Shown in pieces: positions 17,276 to 26,838 of a DNA stretch of 64,000 bases; the first letter of the stretch is position 1; each line of letters opens with the position of its first letter. The DNA lies in contig JAQTSV010000001.1 in assembly GCA_028711115.1 (NCBI GenBank), forward strand, positions 838,032 through 902,031. The letters are read 5' to 3'. The position numbers and the translations under genes were made by a program. The stretch is from Candidatus Omnitrophota bacterium (GTDB lineage: Bacteria; Omnitrophota; Gorgyraeia; Velamenicoccales; JABMQK01). The notes beneath the pieces are model-generated. The model ran no database searches, was not told the DNA's origin, and was given only the letters and a program-made list of their open reading frames with translations.

Positions 17276-19104
17276 TTATTAATATCCGTTTTTATTCTAT
17301 TAGAATAAGCTAAAGTGATTCCAAAAAGGCTCCAGAAGAAAATAGCAGAGTACGGCATCTCAAATGTTACATAAACAAATGCCACTGTAAGCCAGTATAT
17401 AATGATGCTAACTAGCAATATGCCGATTAGTGATTTTGAGTTTACAAACCTTTTTATCATTTTAAACAAAGTAATAAAAAGATATATAATCAAGATGATT
17501 CCTATTATTCCGGACCGATAAATTAACTCAAGATATGAATTGTGGGCGGCAATCCATCCGTCCCTGGTCCACTCTCCATAGGCCATTCTTGAGATCTCAA
17601 TGCTTTCAGAACGCAGGGGCTTACCGAAGTTAAAGCCAAATATTGCTTTTTTACTTATTAATTCTTTTATCATATCTCTCCATGTTAGGAAACGATATGT
17701 AATTGTGCTTAAGCCTACTGTTAAATATTTTGTAGTATCGCCTTTCTTTATAGTTAAATCTGCCAAATAATTAATTATAGTTTTTCTGAAACGTGATTTT
17801 TTAGGTATTAAAATAATCACTTCTTTTTGTTGAGGCTCTTTTTTTTCTATAGCTCGTTCTATTGTTATGGCAGAAGATGAAATTATTTCTTGTGTTGTCT
17901 TTAGTCCAGGAGATGTTTCTGATATTGGTTTCTGGGATTCACTAGACGGTTCCGCTACTTTAGATGAGATCAATTCTTCTATGGATGATGGGATAATCTT
18001 TTGCCCAGGAGATGTTTTTGGTATTTGTTTTTGAGATTCATAGAGTTGAATAGCCCCTCCCTTAAATTCTATATTCTTTATTATTTCCCGTATTTCTTTG
18101 TACTCTTTTTGAGATAATGTTATTTTTATTTCTTCCAACTCAGCATGTTTTTCTGTAGCTATTTTTGCAAATTGGAAATTAAATTGAGGCAGAGTTTCTT
18201 TTGTCTCAGGACTATAGAGCTTGATAGGAATTTCTTCTTTGTGGTATTCTCCACCCCTATCCTTAATATTTCTCTCCCATTCATTAATGCTGCTAATTAT
18301 GGAGGTAGGGTAAATTAAAAATCGCATTCCCCCTCTATGGTACGATAATTTAATAATACTAAAAATAAAAATGATCATACATAAAACAAGGATACCTATT
18401 TTATGTATTCTTTTTATTTTTAAAATCATTATAATAGTCAGAAATAAAAAGGTAAATCCAGCAATGTTACCTATAATTTGAGTCCTAGGACAGTGTGAAA
18501 ATAATTTGATAAAAATAGGCATACAATCAGAGCGAGATAATACAATAAATAATAAGCCTAAAACTCTCAACAAATTATTGCGTACAATAAAAACATAAAG
18601 AAACATTAAAATCAAGTAGGTAAATTTATAATAAGTGCTTATTCCTATAAAATTCAAAATGAGAAATAAAGGAATTAATAATATATGGGGATTATTAAAT
18701 TTATTTTGATATGCTTCATATGCGATTAAAGCGAATAAAGGGTAATAGAACATGGCTGCATGCCGAAAGGCAAGTGCATTAAATTTTGGAACCCCCAGAT
18801 ATCCCCAGAATGCTTTTAATAAAACAAAGAATAAATAGAAAATTAGAATAATATGAAATCCGCTAAACTTCTTTTTTATTAAAATCCATTTATATATAGT
18901 GAGTAGAATACATACAAATAAAATAATTTCACCAATAAAAATAGGAAAGTTTAAAAAAGGTAATTTAATATGAATTTCGGCAAAAGCTTTGTAACCTATA
19001 GAATAAGCCAGAAAAGACATCCATAATATGGATAAAATAATAAAATCTACAGCATCTGTTTTTGATTCAATACCATATTTTTTAAAAAAATTCATATAAG
19101 CCAC
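17272..19104 (-). CDS. Wzy/O-antigen-ligase-family membrane protein with a large hydrophilic insert
   Basis: 610 aa and multi-TM. Wzy_C-type motif 'AAHNSYLELIYRSGIIG' lies near the C-terminus. A K/E/S-rich insert of about 190 aa sits between the TM blocks. Confidence 0.6.
   Translation of the reverse strand: MAYMNFFKKYGIESKTDAVDFIILSILWMSFLAYSIGYKAFAEIHIKLPFLNFPIFIGEIILFVCILLTIYKWILIKKKFSGFHIILIFYLFFVLLKAFWGYLGVPKFNALAFRHAAMFYYPLFALIAYEAYQNKFNNPHILLIPLFLILNFIGISTYYKFTYLILMFLYVFIVRNNLLRVLGLLFIVLSRSDCMPIFIKLFSHCPRTQIIGNIAGFTFLFLTIIMILKIKRIHKIGILVLCMIIFIFSIIKLSYHRGGMRFLIYPTSIISSINEWERNIKDRGGEYHKEEIPIKLYSPETKETLPQFNFQFAKIATEKHAELEEIKITLSQKEYKEIREIIKNIEFKGGAIQLYESQKQIPKTSPGQKIIPSSIEELISSKVAEPSSESQKPISETSPGLKTTQEIISSSAITIERAIEKKEPQQKEVIILIPKKSRFRKTIINYLADLTIKKGDTTKYLTVGLSTITYRFLTWRDMIKELISKKAIFGFNFGKPLRSESIEISRMAYGEWTRDGWIAAHNSYLELIYRSGIIGIILIIYLFITLFKMIKRFVNSKSLIGILLVSIIIYWLTVAFVYVTFEMPYSAIFFWSLFGITLAYSNRIKTDINK
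17906..18040 (-). repeat. In-frame 99-nt-period imperfect duplication inside the Wzy-like gene
   Basis: 36-nt cores at 17906-17941 and 18005-18040 match at 31/36 positions by hand alignment. They encode 'ESQKPISETSPGL' and 'ESQKQIPKTSPGQ'. Confidence 0.6.
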
Positions 19105-19116
19105 CTCAAGATTGGA

Positions 19117-20145
19117 TTAGTTTGTCAATATTGCCCTAGCCATTTTTTTATATAATTTATTATCTAGTAAAATATTTGGATTTACGACAATTCGCCTCAA
19201 TGATTCTGCCACGGAATAAAAAGTATTAGTTTTTATAAGCTGCAATAAATAAAATAATTCTATTTTTGTCTGTATTTCTTTAATGGTTTTTTTATCTTCC
19301 TGCCCGTTCATATATTTTTTAAAAAAGATATTAAATGCATTTAACACCTTTAATCCGTCTTTTTTGCATCTTTGTGGCTTATATTGCAACATACGCACTA
19401 ACGGTATAAGCTCTTCTTCTGATAAACAAGGCAAATAATATCGGATATTAGCAATTATAATTTTTTCACATTCTGTCTCTACATCATCTTTAAATTCTTT
19501 TGATTGTTGTTTAGCGGTTATGCGGTGTTTGACTAAAAACTGATCCAGATTGGCTAATTTATATTTTCTAACAACACGTACCCATAAGTCATAATCTTGG
19601 GTCCGGTAAGCTTCATTATAAAATCCGGTTTCCAATAAAACATTCCGTCGTATGAGTACCGTCGGATGAGATATGCAATAATATCCTAACTCACCGGGGC
19701 TTATTAAATAACATTTTATCTCCAAGGGATCGGTTGGTAATTTAAAAAATTTTATATGCTTGCCATTTTTGTCTATTTCTTCATGCCATGTTCCGACTAC
19801 AGCGACATCGCCTTTCTTTTCTAAATATTTATATTGTAATTCCAGCCTTTCAGGCAGAGAGATATCATCAGCATCCATACGCGCAATGAATTTTCCTCTC
19901 GAACGCATAATTCCTATTCTCAGGGCTTTTGTTTGGCCAAGATTTTGATCATTTTCGATGAGAATAATTCTTCGGTCATTATAAGAAGAAACAATTTCTT
20001 TTGTTCTGTCGGTACTGGCATTATCGACGATAATAAATTCAAAATCGGAAAAGGTTTGATTCAAAATACTGTCGATGGCTTCTTTGATAAATTTATCGCC
20101 ATTGAAAACAGTCATTACAACACTAATTGTAGAATTTATGTCCAT
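19117..20145 (-). CDS. GT2-family glycosyltransferase
   Basis: 'ISVVMTVFNGDKFIKEAIDSILNQTFSDFEFIIVDNASTDRT' and 'ARMDADDIS' (the DxD region). Confidence 0.8.
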   Translation of the reverse strand: MDINSTISVVMTVFNGDKFIKEAIDSILNQTFSDFEFIIVDNASTDRTKEIVSSYNDRRIILIENDQNLGQTKALRIGIMRSRGKFIARMDADDISLPERLELQYKYLEKKGDVAVVGTWHEEIDKNGKHIKFFKLPTDPLEIKCYLISPGELGYYCISHPTVLIRRNVLLETGFYNEAYRTQDYDLWVRVVRKYKLANLDQFLVKHRITAKQQSKEFKDDVETECEKIIIANIRYYLPCLSEEELIPLVRMLQYKPQRCKKDGLKVLNAFNIFFKKYMNGQEDKKTIKEIQTKIELFYLLQLIKTNTFYSVAESLRRIVVNPNILLDNKLYKKMARAILTN

Positions 20146-20154
20146 TTTAAAATA

Positions 20155-21540
20155 TTAACTCATCACTATCCAATGGTAAAATCTTTTCGTTAAAAACAAA
20201 AGATGCCTTAATGATTTTATGCTTAAAATATTCTTCCACAGGATTTTAGGCCTGGCATAAAATCTAAGAAAGGCAATTCGATGTAATCTCTTCAATTCTT
20301 TTCTGGATATTCCTATTGGCGTATAGGCAGAGTTCATAAAATAAAACCTGTCCCAATTGACTCTCTCAAGCTCGCCATTTTTTGCTAATTCGCTATAGCT
20401 TTCTGTTCCCGGGAAAGGTAAATAAGTAAAGAAATTTGCCCTGATTAAATCAAGCTCCAGCGAAAGATTAATGGTATCCATAATTTCTTCTTTTTTCTCT
20501 CCCGGGAATCCCAATATGAAAAACCCCGCTATATCTATACCGCAACTTTTAATTAAGGCTATTGATTTCCTTATCTTCTCGACTGTAAGATTTTTCTTCA
20601 TCAATTTAAGGATCCTATCTGAGCCGGATTCTATTCCCAGGGATATCAAATAAAGTCCGCTTTGCTTCATCAAGGCAAGCAATTCTTTATCCAACATATC
20701 CATCCTGACTCCATTTGGCGTAGACCAGCTAATATCTAGATTTTTGACAATTAGTTCTCTCAGGAAGGTTTTGGCATAAGCCACGTCTAAAGTGAAATTA
20801 TCATCTATAACATGAAATTCTCTTATGCCGTAATCTTTATAAAGCATGTCTATTTCGTTAATGACTTCTTTGATACCGCGTTTTCTTAATTTTACGCCGC
20901 TGACAAGTTTTCCCGCGCAAAAGGTACACTGATAAGGACATCCCCGGGTAATCATTATAGGCGCTATGGGGAACTTTTTATAAAAAGCACCGTGCTGAGA
21001 CTCCGGATATTGTTCAGGATGTATAAGATCCCAAGACAACATACCTAAGCTATCAAGATTATTCTCAAAATAGCAATCATTTGATTCTATGGTACCGTTT
21101 TTTCTCCATACAAAACCAGGGATATCAGAGAAGTTTATCTTTTCGCCATTTAAATAATCCACAAAAAGCGAGAAGCTCTTTTCAGCTTCACCCTTGAATG
21201 CAAAATCAAGCTTATTGCCGAAATATTCCATGGTTTGCTGCGGAACCGCTGAAGGATGCGGCCCGCCCATAACGGTAATAATCTTTTCATCGTAGTTTTT
21301 AACAATATTAAGAGCATCCTTAAGAAAACGCAGATCAAAAGTATAGCACTGGAAACCAACCAAGTCGGGCTTATAATTTTTTATTATCTCTCCAAGTTGT
21401 TCTATCTCTACTCTTTCTTTTATGCAGTCCAAGATTCTAACATCGCTTTTATTACGTATGGCTGTCGCCAAATAACCTAACCCAAGCGATGGCTGTATAT
21501 GATCCGTTAAATTATATGGTTTTACTAATAGTGTCTTCAT
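20155..21540 (-). CDS. Cobalamin-binding-type (class B) radical SAM enzyme
   Basis: N-terminus 'MKTLLVKP...PSLGLGYLATAI', followed by the cluster 'TRGCPYQCTFC'. Confidence 0.75.
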   Translation of the reverse strand: MKTLLVKPYNLTDHIQPSLGLGYLATAIRNKSDVRILDCIKERVEIEQLGEIIKNYKPDLVGFQCYTFDLRFLKDALNIVKNYDEKIITVMGGPHPSAVPQQTMEYFGNKLDFAFKGEAEKSFSLFVDYLNGEKINFSDIPGFVWRKNGTIESNDCYFENNLDSLGMLSWDLIHPEQYPESQHGAFYKKFPIAPIMITRGCPYQCTFCAGKLVSGVKLRKRGIKEVINEIDMLYKDYGIREFHVIDDNFTLDVAYAKTFLRELIVKNLDISWSTPNGVRMDMLDKELLALMKQSGLYLISLGIESGSDRILKLMKKNLTVEKIRKSIALIKSCGIDIAGFFILGFPGEKKEEIMDTINLSLELDLIRANFFTYLPFPGTESYSELAKNGELERVNWDRFYFMNSAYTPIGISRKELKRLHRIAFLRFYARPKILWKNILSIKSLRHLLFLTKRFYHWIVMS

Positions 21541-21545
21541 TGTAT

Positions 21546-22235
21546 TTAGTCAAAAAATCTATACCAAATAAGTGCTGCAATAGCACTAAAACCTTGACGC
21601 CAGGTTATCTTCTTGCCTTCTTTGTAAGTCCTGCCGTGATAAGAACTAGGAACCTCGTATACTCTATACTTATTGTTTTTGAATATCTTTGCTGTTATTT
21701 CGGGCTCTATAGAAAATCCATCAGATTTTAAATTCAAATTTTTGATAACATCTTTATGAAAGACTTTATAACCAGTTTCCATGTCTGAAACAGTGGTGTT
21801 ATATAGAATATTAGTCAGAAAAGTTAAGAATTTGTTGCCTACTTTATGCCAGAACATATATACTCTTTGTGTCTTGCCGCCCATCATCCTTGAACCGTAT
21901 ACTACATCAGCCAGTCCTTCCTGTATCGGCTTAATTAATTCACCGTATTCTTTGGGGTCATATTCTAAATCTGCATCCTGAATAATTATAATATCCCCTG
22001 TGGTGTGTTTAAAACCGGTGCGTATGGCCGCCCCTTTGCCTCTGTGTTCCTTTTGATAATAAACCGTGAAGCCATATTTTAAGCTTAATTCTTTGAGGAT
22101 TTCTTTTGTGCCATCGTTTGAACAATCATCAACAACAATTATCTCTTCGGCTAGACCGGTATTTTTGATTCTTTTGATAATCTCCTCAATGAATTTTATT
22201 TCGTTATAAACTGGGACAATAACAGATATTTTCAT
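21546..22235 (-). CDS. GT2 glycosyltransferase of the DPM1/ArnC type (polyprenyl-phosphate sugar synthase-like)
   Basis: 229 aa: 'ISVIVPVYNEIKFIEEII...VVDDCSNDGT...GKGAAIRTGF...IIIQDADLEYDP'. Confidence 0.7.
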   Translation of the reverse strand: MKISVIVPVYNEIKFIEEIIKRIKNTGLAEEIIVVDDCSNDGTKEILKELSLKYGFTVYYQKEHRGKGAAIRTGFKHTTGDIIIIQDADLEYDPKEYGELIKPIQEGLADVVYGSRMMGGKTQRVYMFWHKVGNKFLTFLTNILYNTTVSDMETGYKVFHKDVIKNLNLKSDGFSIEPEITAKIFKNNKYRVYEVPSSYHGRTYKEGKKITWRQGFSAIAALIWYRFFD

Positions 22236-22966
22236 TTTGTATTCCTTTCTATGGAACCAATGTCTTTGTGTGCAATCAGTAATAGCGATAAACCAAATGG
22301 AAAATGTAAAGAATTCTCAAGAAAGATAAAAATATCGACCAAATTTTCAAATATGCTCAATAAAGAATCAGACAATTCTCTTTTTTTAAGAATTTTTCCC
22401 TGTATAAACCACCCTAAAGTTCCAAAAAGATTAAAGTAAGCCACATTTTCTACTGAAAATCCGCCATCTCTCACCTTGGAAACAATTTCTTTTTTGCTAT
22501 AACGCCTGCAATGCCCAGCAGCTTCGTCCAGGGTAGAATATAGAAATTTTAATGCCGGGATTAAAATAATTAATTTGCCTCCGGGATTTAAAATATCGTA
22601 AAAATTTTTTATTACACAGGAGTCATTCTTTATGTGCTCCAGCGTATTTATGCATAAGATTGTATCGATGTTATCTTTTTGAAGAAGCGGTATCATTTGA
22701 GAATCAGAGATATCAAAATTAATTACTTTCAGATTAACAGATACTGCCAAATTCTTTTTTATATCATTAATAATTTGTTCATTGTTATCTATAGCAATCA
22801 CTAATTCTTTTTCTTTCAGATATTTTGTTATATTGCCGTTTCCGCATCCAGCGTCTAAAATTCTATTGCCTAGAAAAGGCTCGATTGTTTCAAAGAGCCA
22901 TTTGTTTAATTTATTCATTTTTGAAATCTTGGCCAGAGAATCCCTGACCATTAATGCACTTTGCAT
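22232..22966 (-). CDS. Class I SAM-dependent methyltransferase
   Basis: Motif I 'ILDAGCGNGNIT', plus 'ILNPGGKLIILIP'. Confidence 0.7.
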   Translation of the reverse strand: MQSALMVRDSLAKISKMNKLNKWLFETIEPFLGNRILDAGCGNGNITKYLKEKELVIAIDNNEQIINDIKKNLAVSVNLKVINFDISDSQMIPLLQKDNIDTILCINTLEHIKNDSCVIKNFYDILNPGGKLIILIPALKFLYSTLDEAAGHCRRYSKKEIVSKVRDGGFSVENVAYFNLFGTLGWFIQGKILKKRELSDSLLSIFENLVDIFIFLENSLHFPFGLSLLLIAHKDIGSIERNTK

Positions 22967-23862
22967 ATCGTATTCTCCATTAAAATATCTTCCTTTAGCA
23001 TACCTAAGGCTTCTTCAAGATTATGAAGCCTTGTTTTGAATTTGTTGCGGAATTTGTCTGTATTAAGACTTATTCTATGAGGGCGCAAGACTATATTTTT
23101 AGGAATGGATTCCTGCGGTAAAATTAAAGATGAATCCCATCCTAAGAATTTGAATGTTTTCTTTAGCCATTCGTATCGGTTAATAAAAGTAGCTCCGCAA
23201 ATATGGAATATACCCGATTCTTTAGACAGACATAATTCTATGAGTGCCTTAGCCAAATCTTTAACATAAGTAGGATTACTCCATCTAAAAGTCGGAATTA
23301 AAACCTTGTCGCCTTTTAACGTGGTAAAATAGGCGTTCATAACAGCGTTTGGTGCTTTTGTTTTTGGATCCCAGCCATAAACAGACATAGTCCTTGCTAT
23401 TAGGTAATCTTTTAAATTATCCTGAATCCATCTTTCAGCTTCGGCCTTGCATTTGCCGTAAATATTTAATGGATTTACTTTATCCTTCTCCTCGTATACT
23501 TCTTTTTTTCCGTCAAATACGCACTCAGAAGAAATAAATACAAACCTGGAATTATGTTTAAGGCACTCCCTGGCAATATTGACAGCTCCTTCAAAATGGA
23601 AAGTCCGCGCTGAACCAGGATTCTTTTCACAGAAATCCACCCCTCCGACGAGATTAACACAGTAAACCACATGAGTGGGAGATTCTGTATCGAATATCTC
23701 TTTTATACGTTCTTTATTAGCAATGTCTAACGGGGTCATCCCCCTGGACTTTTTAGAAAAATAAGTGCCCAGCCATTGATAATAACCGCCAAGTTCTTCG
23801 GCTACTGCCTTACCAATTAGTCCAGTGGCCCCTACGATTAGGATTTTTTTAGTGTAATCCAT
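22951..23862 (-). CDS. NAD(P)-dependent sugar-nucleotide 4-reductase/epimerase (RmlD-like extended SDR)
   Basis: 'ILIVGATGLIGKAV' and YxxxK 'YGKCKAEAE'. It lies downstream of the cytidylyltransferase and dehydratase. Confidence 0.6.
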   Translation of the reverse strand: MDYTKKILIVGATGLIGKAVAEELGGYYQWLGTYFSKKSRGMTPLDIANKERIKEIFDTESPTHVVYCVNLVGGVDFCEKNPGSARTFHFEGAVNIARECLKHNSRFVFISSECVFDGKKEVYEEKDKVNPLNIYGKCKAEAERWIQDNLKDYLIARTMSVYGWDPKTKAPNAVMNAYFTTLKGDKVLIPTFRWSNPTYVKDLAKALIELCLSKESGIFHICGATFINRYEWLKKTFKFLGWDSSLILPQESIPKNIVLRPHRISLNTDKFRNKFKTRLHNLEEALGMLKEDILMENTICKVH

Positions 23863-23864
23863 AC

Positions 23865-24833
23865 TTAAATATTCTTATCATACCAGGCGATTGTCTTTAT
23901 AAGCCCTTTTTCAAGCGAATAATCAGGCAACCAGCCTAAAATAGATTTGGCTTTTTTTGCCGAGAGATATTGATGTTTTATCTCATATTTTGCCTTATTC
24001 AAAATCTTCGGTGGATAAACTTTCATAAAGGATATGCGCTCTATCTTTTTAAATAACTTTAAAACTGTTATTGGTTTTTCATTGCTAAAGTTAAAAGCTT
24101 CACCATATAATTTCAAATTCCTCATTTTTTCGGCAAGTAGCAAATAGCCATTTACTACATCTTCTACATAAATGTAATCTCGTGTAAATTTTCCGTCACT
24201 TCTTATAACAAATCTCTTTTTTCTCAATATGCTTTTGATGGCATCCGGGACTATTCTGGAAAAATTAAGATCCCCCGGGCCATAAATATTGCCGCATCTT
24301 GTAATGCAAACCGGCAGCTTATAGGTATTGTAATATGTTGTTGCAATAAGATCAGTACAGCTTTTGGAGACATCATAAGGATATACGCCTCTCACAGGCA
24401 TATCCTCAGTATAAGGAAGATTTTTTTGAGGACCGTATGCTTTATCGCTAGAGGCTATAATGATACCATTTACAAAACTTTTACCCCGGCAGGCCTCCAG
24501 GATATTCCAGGTTCCTTCCACATTGGACCTAAAAGTTCTGAGCGGATTTTTATTCGCCCTGACCACGATTGCCTCGGCAGCAAGATGGAATATAAATTCT
24601 GGTTTATAATCATTAATAATCTTTTCTGTTTTTTTAAAATCAGCGATGTCTCCTTTTATGCAGATCAAGCGGTTTCTTAATTCTTTCAAAATTGATTTCG
24701 GCCTTTTATAAACGATATCTAATCCAATAACCTCGGCTTTTTTACTTACTAATATACTGGCTAGCCAGGAGCCCAGGAATCCCTCGTAACCGGTAATAAG
24801 CACCCGTTTATTATTCCAAAAATTATGTCCCAT
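23865..24833 (-). CDS. rfbG: CDP-glucose 4,6-dehydratase-like extended SDR
   Basis: The N-terminus 'FWNNKRVLITGYEGFLGSWLA' follows the FW.gk.V.vTG.tGF.GsWL pattern of RfbG. Also 'SSDKAYG' and 'YDVSKSCTD' (YxxxK). It sits next to rfbF. At 322 aa it is somewhat short for the family. Confidence 0.6.
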   Translation of the reverse strand: MGHNFWNNKRVLITGYEGFLGSWLASILVSKKAEVIGLDIVYKRPKSILKELRNRLICIKGDIADFKKTEKIINDYKPEFIFHLAAEAIVVRANKNPLRTFRSNVEGTWNILEACRGKSFVNGIIIASSDKAYGPQKNLPYTEDMPVRGVYPYDVSKSCTDLIATTYYNTYKLPVCITRCGNIYGPGDLNFSRIVPDAIKSILRKKRFVIRSDGKFTRDYIYVEDVVNGYLLLAEKMRNLKLYGEAFNFSNEKPITVLKLFKKIERISFMKVYPPKILNKAKYEIKHQYLSAKKAKSILGWLPDYSLEKGLIKTIAWYDKNI

Positions 24834-25610
24834 CTACCACACCTTCCAAGGCGCTTTCGATTCTGCCCATAAATTTGTTAACAGGTCTAATTCTCTCTGC
24901 GTATCCATGCACTGCCAGAAACCTTCATGGATATAAACAGAAAGCTGTCCTTTGGCAGCTATCTTTTCCAGGACATCCCGCTCCAAATCGCATCCTTCTT
25001 TATTGTTTAAATATTTGAATACCTTGCGATTAAAAACAAAAAATCCTCCGTTGATAAAACCTTGACTGGTTCGAGGTTTTTCGCTGAATTTTATAACTCT
25101 CTTACCTTTTATTATCAACTCTCCGAAACGTGACGAAGGATGGACTCCAGTTACTGTGCTTAACCTCTTTTGCGATTTGTGAAAACTGAACAGGTCTTTA
25201 ATATTTATATTGGCGACACCGTCTCCATATGTCATCATGAATAAATCGCCATCTATATATTTCTCTATTCTTTTTATCCGTGCACCAGTATTGGAATTTA
25301 AGCCGGTATCCACGAGGGCAATCTTCCAGTTTGTCTCCGGATGTTTACTATGAAATTTTATGCGATCTTTTTCGTCTAATCGAATAGTAAAATCGTTATT
25401 CATCGCTTCATAATTCAGGAAATATTCTTTAATCATTTCCCCTTTATACCCCAGACAAAGTACAAAATCGTTGAATCCGTAAGAGGAATAGATTTTCATT
25501 ATATGCCATAAAATAGGCTTACCGCCTATTTCCACCATCGGCTTTGGCTTAAATTCTGTTTCTTCTTTTAACCTAGTGCCACGGCCGCCACAAAGAATCA
25601 CAACTTTCAT
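24834..25610 (-). CDS. rfbF: Glucose-1-phosphate cytidylyltransferase
   Basis: 'MKVVILCGGRGTRLKEETEFKPKPMVEIGGKPILWHIMKIYSSYGFNDFVLCLGYKG' matches RfbF/DdhA closely along the N-terminus. Confidence 0.85.
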   Translation of the reverse strand: MKVVILCGGRGTRLKEETEFKPKPMVEIGGKPILWHIMKIYSSYGFNDFVLCLGYKGEMIKEYFLNYEAMNNDFTIRLDEKDRIKFHSKHPETNWKIALVDTGLNSNTGARIKRIEKYIDGDLFMMTYGDGVANINIKDLFSFHKSQKRLSTVTGVHPSSRFGELIIKGKRVIKFSEKPRTSQGFINGGFFVFNRKVFKYLNNKEGCDLERDVLEKIAAKGQLSVYIHEGFWQCMDTQRELDLLTNLWAESKAPWKVW

Positions 25611-25623
25611 ATTTCCTCCCGTT

Positions 25624-26823
25624 TTATATAGCAGTATTTCCTAAGATGTAAATATCGGGTTTTTCTCCAATAACTTTTCTATAATATAGCCTGTAGTACA
25701 GAATAATTCTTTTAATGTAATAATATAAATTTTTAAGAATTCCTCTCCATTTCTTTTGTTTAATTTGAATGCTTATAAAGGATATTGATAAGAACTTTTT
25801 TTCATAAACTGACGGCAATAAAATTGCGATTAATGCAATTATGTAATGATGTAGTCCTCTATATTTTTTATATTGATATCCGTAGTATTCTAAACTTTTG
25901 GATAGTAAAAAATCCAAAAGATACTCATCGATAATATTTAACTTTTTTCCCGGATTGCTGTTAATGACTGTTTTAGAAAAACCCTGTTCTTCAGGTTTTG
26001 GGCTGTTAGTTGATAACCTGTCTCCCCACCATCTCAAACCGGCCCATGTACTTTTTCTCAAGCAGGGGTCGTAAGATATCCCAAGCCATTTGCAAATTTG
26101 ATGCATTTTTTTCTCATCTTCCAAATCTTCTAGCCTTAACACCGCAGATTCATTGCCGTATTTTTTTAATTTTGATACTTCATTTACTATTCTTTCCAGG
26201 CTAACAAATACACGCCAAAGATTAAAATCTGTATTTGGTCTGTAGCGGAACCAGTGTTCAACACCTGAAACAAAAGTTGCTTTGAAATCGCGAATCATAG
26301 CTATAATTTTACTTTCAGGAAAATCTTTTAAATACTTATCCAAATCTTCAGAGTGGTGAATGTGATGAAAAAAAAGTTTCTTTTTTTCGATGTTTTGCCC
26401 CAGACAAATCGCATAAGCAATGTATACTGATTGGAGAAAATTCTTTGAACAGATATTTCTTTGTTTGGCTAAATTCACAAGGTGCTTTTTAAATTCAAGG
26501 AGGTCTATATTAACGGATTCGTTCTTTTTTTCTCCCAATCGATCTTTACCTTCAGCATAATCATACTTAGATTTTAACTTATATATAAAATTTCCGATGA
26601 ATTCATCGGCTAGATCTTCGACTTCTATATTGCCACTGTAATTTACGCAATAAGATTTTTCCCAGAAATTATAGAAAAACAAGCTGCCATTAAATACAAA
26701 AACCTCTGGATGAGAATCAAGTAAGCTTTGAAAGAAATCTGTGCCTACGCGGCCAGTTGTTATTAAGGCGCACCACGGTAAAGTTTCGATATGACTGATT
26801 ATCTTAGGATAGTTAATTTCCAT
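25624..26823 (-). CDS. Sulfotransferase-like protein with a hydrophobic C-terminal segment
   Basis: Candidate 5'-PSB loop 'LITTGRVGTDFFQSLLD' and 3'-PB-like 'IAMIRDFKATFVS'. C-terminal segment is 'YIIALIAILLPSV'. A PAPS-synthesis module lies in the same locus. Confidence 0.45.
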   Translation of the reverse strand: MEINYPKIISHIETLPWCALITTGRVGTDFFQSLLDSHPEVFVFNGSLFFYNFWEKSYCVNYSGNIEVEDLADEFIGNFIYKLKSKYDYAEGKDRLGEKKNESVNIDLLEFKKHLVNLAKQRNICSKNFLQSVYIAYAICLGQNIEKKKLFFHHIHHSEDLDKYLKDFPESKIIAMIRDFKATFVSGVEHWFRYRPNTDFNLWRVFVSLERIVNEVSKLKKYGNESAVLRLEDLEDEKKMHQICKWLGISYDPCLRKSTWAGLRWWGDRLSTNSPKPEEQGFSKTVINSNPGKKLNIIDEYLLDFLLSKSLEYYGYQYKKYRGLHHYIIALIAILLPSVYEKKFLSISFISIQIKQKKWRGILKNLYYYIKRIILYYRLYYRKVIGEKPDIYILGNTAI

Positions 26824-26838
26824 TTTTACTGAAATAAA

